A stretch of DNA of 64,000 nt from contig OZ241828.1 in assembly GCA_965202585.1 (NCBI GenBank), forward strand, positions 4,464,001 to 4,528,000. Direction: 5' to 3'. This document shows, piece by piece, positions 53,872-62,479 of this stretch. The notes beneath the pieces are model-generated. The model was given only the letters and a program-made list of their open reading frames with translations. It was not told where the DNA came from and made no database searches. Every line of letters starts with the position of its first letter. The first letter of the stretch is position 1. The translations under genes and the position numbers were made by a program. The DNA is from Thalia democratica. Taxonomy: Eukaryota.

Positions 53872-55307
53872 AATTGAAAATAGGCAAATAGATAATAAAA
53901 ATATTTCTTTTAGTTTTTTATTAAATACTGGGTAACAGCATCAAACAATTTTTTTATATTATAAGAATAAAAGCAGATAATGAAAAATGCAAAAACGACA
54001 CCTTGTGTGGTTCAAAACTATAATATATACTTATATTAACTAAAAAACTTATAAAACTAAACAGAATAAATATTAATAGTGTTAAAAAAAAAGAGAAAAG
54101 CACTTGACTGTTTTGCTGCAAACTATGTCAACAAAACTATTATTAAATTCTTTATTTTATTAAAGTTCGTTCAAGTCTTATTGTTTACTGAATACAATAA
54201 CACCTATTTTAGAAAATTAATTATTCATTAAATGGTCTTATTATTTTTCGACTGTTGGGGTATTTAGAGTTTTAATTCTTTAAGATAGCTTTGTAATTAG
54301 AAAGTAATTAATATTAATCATAAACGATAATTGATCACATACTGTTAGAAAAAGTAGATTAATCTTCAACTTAAACTTAAATTTTTTGATTTTAGATGAA
54401 GCAGTAACTGTTTATTTAATTGATCAGTTTGGATAAACATTTGTGTCAATAAAGTAATAGTTTTAGTAATTATTTTCTTACTAAGTTTAAAGTTGAGCTA
54501 CGTCTGTTATAAAGACGACTGTTGTTTAGGTAAATAAAGCGAAATGAAAAAAAATTTTTTTTTTTATTATCTAGTTGTTTAAAACTTTAAAAACCAATAA
54601 GTAATAAAGAAAATTTCTGTGCTTAATTTAAGATTTACATTAAAAAATGAAGTATTTCGTGATTAAAGTCTAAATTTAAATACAAATTATTAATAATTAA
54701 TTTAGAAGTTTTAATATATTGTCGTATTAACAAATTTTAAAGGTATATTTATTAAGCTTGATAATGCAGATCAAAATCAAACAAAATTATAACTATAATA
54801 TAAAACAGAATTAGAACTTCAGATTATCTTTCTAACAAGTAGTTAGATACTTGTGTTTAAATATTAAAAAAAAATAATAATTTTCAACCAAAACTTTCAA
54901 AATTTGAGTCCATTGAAAGGTGTATGTTCTTGTCATCTTTTTACTTTATGTTTGTTAACAATGTTGTACTACTATTAAAACAGAACTACGAAAGTTTAAG
55001 TTATATGTACGAAAGCTTCGTTAAAATTACAATGTTACACAATTATTAAATATATATATGGTTAAAAAAATATACATCAAACAATTTTTAGTAAAATTAA
55101 AGCATTATAATCATAACAAACTTATACATCTGAAAATAAATAACATTAAGTTTAGTTTAATGTGTCATTACTAAAACAATTGCAGCTATATAATATATCT
55201 GAATTTATAAATAGCATAACTTAGGAGCTTAATCAGCACTAAAACTAACACACTGCATTCGTAAACCGCTTATAGAAAAATAAAATTATCGATTCGATAA
55301 ATAAGTT

Positions 55308-55925
55308 TTATTTTTGATGGTTACGCGTATGTCTGTTCCTATGAGATCTATCTGAAAATCTTCTTCCACAAAGATCACATCCAAATGGTCTATCTCCAGT
55401 ATGAATTCTAATGTGAGTGTTTAAACTTGATTTCTGTGAAAACTTTTTCTTGCAAGTATCACATTCATGGGGCTTTTCTTTAGTGTGAGTCAACATATGG
55501 GATTTTAGATAAGCTTTTTGAGCAAAGTTCTTCTGACAAACATCACACTTTAAATCTTTCCTACCACTATGTATCGACATGTGTATTGTCAAGTTACCTT
55601 TACGGTTAAAACATTTGTCACACTGTTTGCATTTAAATGGTTTATTATCAGTATGAACTATTGCATGCTGTTTTAAATTATATCTTCGTGCAAAACATCT
55701 TTTGCAAACGTCACATTGATAAATCTTCAAAACGGAATGAGTAAGTTGATGTTGTGTTAAACTACCTTTTTGTGCAAAACTTTTATCACAAACATCACAT
55801 TTGAAAGGTTTTTCACCAGTATGAATTACTTTATGATTAGTCAGTTTTGAATTAAACTTAAAATTTTTTCCACAAGTTTCACAAAAGTATTGCTTTTTTT
55901 CATTTGAAGTCTGAGTAGTTATCAT
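55308..55925 (-). CDS. C2H2 zinc-finger protein, 7 fingers, intact (ZF locus 13)
   Basis: ORF 55308..55964. Likely start MITTQ at 55925, preceded by ttttcaag-c. Seven complete fingers. Confidence 0.93.
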   Translation of the reverse strand: MITTQTSNEKKQYFCETCGKNFKFNSKLTNHKVIHTGEKPFKCDVCDKSFAQKGSLTQHQLTHSVLKIYQCDVCKRCFARRYNLKQHAIVHTDNKPFKCKQCDKCFNRKGNLTIHMSIHSGRKDLKCDVCQKNFAQKAYLKSHMLTHTKEKPHECDTCKKKFSQKSSLNTHIRIHTGDRPFGCDLCGRRFSDRSHRNRHTRNHQK

Positions 55926-56311
55926 GCTTGAAAATACAAAGTTCATTTTTAAATGATACACCAAAGAATTTATGAAAAAGTTTATGGTTAGTTACAACTA
56001 TCTTAACTGGTATCTAACCTTTGTTAAGATTTTTAATCCAAACATTATTGTTAGAATACTTTAAAATTAATAATTATTTATAAATTATTACTTTGTGTAT
56101 TATGGTTCGAAATCAAGATAGTTGCTTATTTTATTTCTAAAACTTTTTTAGAGTTCGATATAAAGAACGAAATATTTTTTTCATTAAAACTGTGTCAAAA
56201 AAATATATACTATATATTTCTTTTTGTTTAAGTTTAATAAATTTTTTTAAAGGTTAACAAACTATTTATCATAACTAAATATGCATGAACTTGCATTAAT
56301 TTTTATTTTAG
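55926..56311. repeat. 5' flank shared with ZF locus 5 (27213-27596)
   Basis: Colinear similarity as described for 27213-27596. Confidence 0.8.
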
Positions 56312-57071
56312 CAGCTAAGGTTAAATAATAAAACGACAATTTAAAAAATTAAATATATAAGATAGGAAGGTAATTAGGATTGATTAGTAATACATTGATA
56401 ATTATTTATAAGTATTAGTAACTGTTAAGAAAAAAAAACTTTTAACTAAAGTAAATTTAAATTAAGAATTAACGACGATATAATAAAATATAAAATGAGC
56501 TAAATTAATAAAACGATTAAAAAAGCACAAACTAAAACGCTATAAATAAGGAAACTACTATATAATTGAACTAAACTAACAATGTTTACCCATAGTAATA
56601 TACAAGAAGTTTTTATAATTTATTAGTTTGTGAAAATCCTCAAAACATTAGATAGACTTTAACTCAAATGCTTTTAAATAAAAATTTCTAAAATGAATTT
56701 CTATTAATCTTAACTTGTAAAATAAATATGTAATACATTTAATATATGCCACATACTAGTTGTAATAGTAATCTGACAGTGTTTAATTTGATACCAACAG
56801 TGGCTGTTTTGACTAGTTTATTTCTCATTTTTCCAACACACTTTTAAAACCTTTTTTGATCACAATTTCAGTTGATATCAAAATAGTTTATTAATTACTT
56901 AAAGTATTACTTTAAAAAATACAACTGTTTTAACTTTGTTAAATAAAATATCACGTAAGACTTTTTCAATTTATAACTTAATACTACACTATCAGTAATA
57001 CAGGTCAAATATGGCTAAGAAAACTTTTTGTTATGCTTTATGATTCGGTGGAAATATTCTATAATATATTA

Positions 57072-57395
57072 TAGTTCACAGCGATAAATATTCATAAATT
57101 TATTCAACAAAAGATAAAGTGAAGTAAGCAGTAAAAGTTAGCAGTGAAGTAAGCATTTAAACAACTCTTATATAACAAGCTACATTTTTCGTACACATCA
57201 TAATTTATCGAACAAATAATTTTACTTTCATCTTTGCATTTCTAGTTAAAATTACTGTAATAACAACTTTTACCAATTTTTTTTTTTACAATATATAAAT
57301 CAATATGCAAACTTATGTAGAGTAAAATTAAAACTTTAAATTATTCATTAACTCAACAAATCTCTTTGAAAATTTGTTGCAACTCATAACCAGTT
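57072..57395. repeat. 3' flank shared with ZF locus 15 (61098-61396)
   Basis: Near-identical runs: tagttcacagcgataaatattcataaattta, caacaaaagataaagtgaagtaagcagtaaaagt, tatgcaaacttatgtagagtaaaattaaaac. Confidence 0.92.
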
Positions 57396-58028
57396 TCATT
57401 TTTGATGATAAGTACGCAAATGATAATTCCTACCTGAACTGTGTGCGAATCTTCTTCCACAAATATCACATCCAAATGGCCTATCGTTAGTGTGAATTCT
57501 TAAGTGTGAGTTTAAATTACCTTTATGTAAAAACTTCTCCTTGCAAACTTCACATTCATAAGGCTTTTCTTTAGTGTGAGTCATCATGTGAAGTTTCAGA
57601 TTATCATTTCGAGCAAACATTTTTCCGCAAACTTCACATTGAAAATCTTTCTTACCACTATGTGTCAACATGTGTCTTTTCAAGTCAGCTTTACGTTTAA
57701 AACTTTTACCACACTGTTCGCAACTAAACGGTTTGTCATCAGTGTGCACTATTTTATGCCGTTTTAAAGCATCGCTTGTTGCAAAACATTTATTACAAAT
57801 ATCACATTGAAAGATCTTTAAATCAGAATGAGTAAGTTGATGTCTTTTTAAATTACCTTCGTGTGAAAAACTCTTGTCACATTCATCACATTTGTATGGT
57901 TTTTCACCAGAGTGAACTCTTTTGTGACGAACTAATGCAGACTTGCACTTAAACTTTTTACCACAAGTTTCACAAACGTACTTAGTTTCATCCTTTAAAC
58001 TCATTGAGATAGTTTCATCAGTTATCAT
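57396..58028 (-). CDS. C2H2 zinc-finger protein, 7 fingers, intact (ZF locus 14)
   Basis: ORF 57396..58061. Likely start MITDET at 58028. Seven fingers, the last with H-x4-H spacing (HLRTYH). Confidence 0.93.
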   Translation of the reverse strand: MITDETISMSLKDETKYVCETCGKKFKCKSALVRHKRVHSGEKPYKCDECDKSFSHEGNLKRHQLTHSDLKIFQCDICNKCFATSDALKRHKIVHTDDKPFSCEQCGKSFKRKADLKRHMLTHSGKKDFQCEVCGKMFARNDNLKLHMMTHTKEKPYECEVCKEKFLHKGNLNSHLRIHTNDRPFGCDICGRRFAHSSGRNYHLRTYHQK

Positions 58029-61000
58029 CCTTAATATTTCAAAAACAAATAAAATATACACTAAATGTATTACATTTATAGTAACTATTTTATAATCATA
58101 AAATAAGTTTACAATAACCTTTACAGCCTCTAATCAAGTTTTGAAAAGGTAATTAATCGAACAAATTGTTCTTACATGTAAATAAAATCTTTATTTTAAA
58201 CAATTTTTATAGTCATTTTTTTTAGATATTTTTTTGAAATAACTTGTTTTAATCTTAGGTATAGTTAGTTATAAAGGTTCTATTTTTCTAGTTACTAATA
58301 AAATAATATAAGCTGTTGTTTTTAATAGATTTAAAATTTTTTTTATAAAATACAAGTAGAATAGACTAAGAATTTCTAATCCGTCTAAAACCACTAAAAG
58401 AAATATATACATAATAAATATATTTTATAAAACTAATTAATGAATTTTATTTCAACAACGTTGAAAACTTTAGTTAGATTTTAGAAGAATAAAGGAATGA
58501 AAGTACAATAAAACTTGAAGATTTACTTAGTTTAAACACTTTCTGTTATTACTTGATGACTAGTTCAAATACTTAATCTCAGAAACAAATTGTTTAAACC
58601 TAAATTTAAACCCAATAACAAGACTTAAATAACAGTGAAGTTAGTTTGTTTAGTCTATACAAGTCTATTAGATTTTATGATTTTAGATTGGTAGTAAAGT
58701 TGTTTTATTTTTTTAAGTTCAACACTTCAACCAGTCACTTACTTTAAAACAAAATATAGTAAACTAATAATATTTGCAAAATTAAATATAAAAAAACCAT
58801 ATGACTTTTATATAACTAATACTAATATGTACTATTTGAAATGCCAATAACTACAACCTCAACAAAACATTTATTTAATCACTTAATTTTGTTAAAAGGT
58901 ATTGTAGAAATGTATCTTTGAATCAACTATAATAAAACAATTGAGACTTATTATGCAATATAATTCATACTACGTTAATTTATGACTACAATCAGTAAGT
59001 CTTTGTGTGTTTTATTTTAAAAAGTTCTAAAAAGGTTTTTTTTTTTTCAAATAAATATATTTATCAAAAAAAGTTATGGATCAACGCTTATAATAGGTTC
59101 GAATATGCTTAAAATAAAGTTCTACTAAACTTAAACTTTTCTATAGAAAACCTTGAAAAATAAATTAACTAAAGTGTGAAACAACTTATTATAAAAACAT
59201 ACAGTTTTAAAACAACAAATATTTTTTGCGTGCACTAGGTTCTAATAACTTTTTTACAATGCGTAATTGTAACGATATTTTATAGCTCCTAACAAGTCAC
59301 ACATGTCTCTTATAATTTTAGTTTGCTTGTGTTAGCTAACCGCAGAGAATATATATAACTATAATTTAATATTACATTAATATTTTCTTTTTTTTTTAAA
59401 GTATATTTTCGTAATATTAAAAACAATGTTAAGTTTTTAAAAATACTATTTTTATTTGATTACAATATATTTTATTATTTTTATTATAATCATCTTTAAG
59501 CAATGTTAAACCAAGTTTGTACCCTCTTTTATTGAGTTTTAAAACCTAGCTTTTAATTATACTGAATTTTGTATCATATTCTGTCAGATTTTGTTAAATT
59601 TAATTTAAATCAAACTAGATTGTTTATCTTAAACAGTCAAAAATGACAAGATATCAAAAATTCAGTATAATACTAAAGTAATATATTCAGTAATAAAGAA
59701 AAAAAATACCTAATAAATAAATGTTTGAATAAAAATCCAAAAAAGTTTACTAAGTCTTAAATATTATCAAAATTAGTTTATATAAAAAAAACTGTTTAAA
59801 TTGTATATAACTTTAGGTTAAAAAAAAGTGCGGTAAAGAAAGTAGTTTATTTATTATATTTTCGTTTTGTTTTAAGTATGAACTTAAGATATAAGTTTTC
59901 GGCTAAAACGTATTTATAAAAGAGTCCTTTTTAATTTAAAACTAACGTTTTATTAAAACAGTTTATTTGATTAAATGTTAAAAATTCAAAGAATTTAAAC
60001 ATTAAAAAACCTTAAAAGGATACAACACACAATAGCTTAACTCAATTCAAAATTAACTTTTTTTTCTTTATACAAAGAATTATCAATTTATTTATTTATC
60101 ACGATTACTTTAGCTTTAAATTATTATGAATGTGATATACGTTTTTGGCAATAAAATTCTAGTTAATTCTGGTTTTTGTCTTAAACTACTAAATGTGCAC
60201 AAACATATTTAGTTAAAATAGAGAAAAATCCTGTCTTCAGAATCCTGTTTTCAGACTAGTTTATACATTTCATTTTATATTAAAATATCTTCAAATTAAA
60301 ATACTTCAACCAAATTTTTTTTCTAAACTCATTTTTCTCTCGTGTAAGTACTATCCATTAATTTTTCAAATTCAAACCTTTTTGAAATCACATTCAAATC
60401 GATTCAAACGTAATCTAATTATAAACAGTATTTTTCAACCGAAATCAGTTTTAACCAAAATTAATTGAAACGTCTTTTATTCCATCACATTTTTAGCGTT
60501 ATAAATAAGAATTTTTTGTTACCCTGTTAAAAATTAAATCACAAGCGCCTACCAAAAGTATGTAACTAACAAATCTGACATCAAATTAATTTTACCCATA
60601 CTGATTATGTTAAATTATTCTCCTATCAATAAAGAACTATTTTTTCAGTTAATATCTCTTCTATTTTAATCATCTTTATTTAATTCTCATACTAGTAAAC
60701 GGTGCTCTTTCATCGGGTGAGGATTGGTCGCGGGTTGGAATTAACCGCTTCCCCAGTTTAATATTTGGCAAACTATCAAAAAAAAAGGTTGTTTTAACAC
60801 ATGCGTTTAAAAATAACATTAAACTTAGTTGTAAAATTACTACAAAAACTTCTTTATTTTTTAGTTTGATTTTTTTTTCTTTTTTTTAAACCGTTAAGGT
60901 TTTTAAAAATTACTATTTATTATATAACTTTTTTCTACAGTCTATAGTGAAAATACTTGTTTCAATTATTAGCTGCTCGTTTTATTTACTTATCAAATAA

Positions 61001-61097
61001 ATAACACAATTCGAAAACACAATAAACATCACATAACTTAATATGTAACATCTAAATTTGAAGTAATTAAATACTCAATTAACTAGTTTATTATAAT

Positions 61098-61396
61098 TAG
61101 TTCACAGCGATAAATATTCATAAATTTACTCAACAAAAGATAAAGTGAAGTAAGCAGTAAAAGTGAGCAGTGAAGTTGGCCCTTAAACAACTCTTATATA
61201 ACAAGCTACATTTTTCGTACATATCATAACTTATCAAACAAATAATATTACTTAGCTAAGTATTTTTAGTTAAAATTACTGTAATAACAGCTTTACCAAA
61301 AATTCTTTTACAAATTATAAATAACATCTTATATGCAAACTTATGTAGAGTAAAATTAAAACGTTAGATTAATCATTAACTCAACAAATCCCTTAA
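61098..61396. repeat. 3' flank shared with ZF locus 14 (57072-57395)
   Basis: Near-identical to 57072-57395. Confidence 0.92.
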
Positions 61397-61643
61397 TCAG
61401 TTTTGTTTTTGATAAATACGCAAATGTTTATTCCTATTTGAACTCGTTGTAGATATTTCTCCACAAATTTCACATCCAAATGGCTTATCGTTAGTGTGAA
61501 TTCTTAAGTGTGCGTTTAAATTACCTTTATGTAAAAACTTCTTCTTGCAAACGTCGCATTCATAAGGCTTTTCTTTAGTGTGAGTCATCATGTGAAGTTT
61601 CAGATTACTTTTTCGAAAAAAAGTTTCAGATTATCATTTAGAG
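61397..61643 (-). pseudogene. 3' part of a C2H2 zinc-finger gene interrupted by a hAT element (ZF locus 15)
   Basis: Close paralog of locus 14 (HMMTHTKEKPYEC...FLHKGNLN-HLRIHTND). Homology stops abruptly at CAGGG 61644, within the finger 5 helix. Confidence 0.9.
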
Positions 61644-62413
61644 CAGGGATCGGCAAACTGCGGCCCGCGGGCCAAATGCGGCCCGCGAAGGGTAAATCTG
61701 TGGCCCGCGAGCACGTTAATTTTTTGAACGCGGCCCGCGAAAGAAAATTTTCTGGCCCGCGAGCATGAAAATGTGGCCCGCTGAGCAAAAATTTATTTTA
61801 ACTTTTTTAATATTTTTTTTCATTTAATATATAAATTTGTTTAATTGATTTAGTTTTAAGTCCCTGTATAACATTATAATATAATTAAAAGACTTTACTG
61901 ATTTAGCTTAAAAGTGTGAAAAAGACAGGTTAGCATTCAACCAGGTTATTTTTCTCAATTTCATAATGATTTTATTTTTACAACAGCAAATTAATTTCTG
62001 TAGAAAGAATGTAAAAAGTTCTTTGAATTAGTAAGATAGTTATATAATACCTTTTTAGTAAATAAACTAAATGCAAATGTTTTCGTTTTGTACAAAAGTA
62101 ATGCACAGTAGTTAACTAAAATGTCATTTCTTTACAAATTAACAATTTAGTTTATAATGTAATTTATACCTTTGTTTCTCTCATAGATGTTTTATAACTA
62201 TATGTTATATTTAAATGTGCACGAACACATTAAAAATTACATAATAATAAAAACTTAGGTTTGTTATACTTTGGTTTCGAAACATTTTGATTTTTATTAG
62301 TTTTCTGTGTACATTAAATTAGTTTCTATGCACACAAATGTACTCAGATACTCATTTTTGAACCACTTTTTTATTTAGTACTAAGTTAGAATAAGTTAAG
62401 TTTAAAAATAATG

Positions 62414-62438
62414 TATTATTATTATTATTATTATTATT
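62414..62438. repeat. (TAT)n microsatellite
   Basis: About 8 perfect trinucleotide units. Confidence 0.9.
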
Positions 62439-62479
62439 TCCATGAGTGTGTACAGACATGCTTAAAATGATATATATAT

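Noticed and set aside
6024-54133. TGTCAACA upstream of six ZF loci (6024, 20283, 27633, 33659, 38199, 54126)
   Set aside because: Distances to the ATG vary from about 250 to 1950 bp and some copies derive from the same duplicated module. A proper motif-enrichment test would be needed.
3898-57767. Plus-strand ORFs at 3898, 17940, 22737, 31381, 36651 and 57576
   Set aside because: Antisense shadows of the zinc-finger coding regions, recurring at homologous positions.
61580-61788. Overlapping ORFs of about 62 aa on both strands
   Set aside because: They read through the GC-rich hAT subterminal repeats and are not genes.
61850-61874. agttttaagtccctg as the right TIR of a 223-bp MITE
   Set aside because: Only a partial match to the left TIR, it is not followed by ATTTAGAG, and the ZF gene does not resume. 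Kept only as an alternative model.
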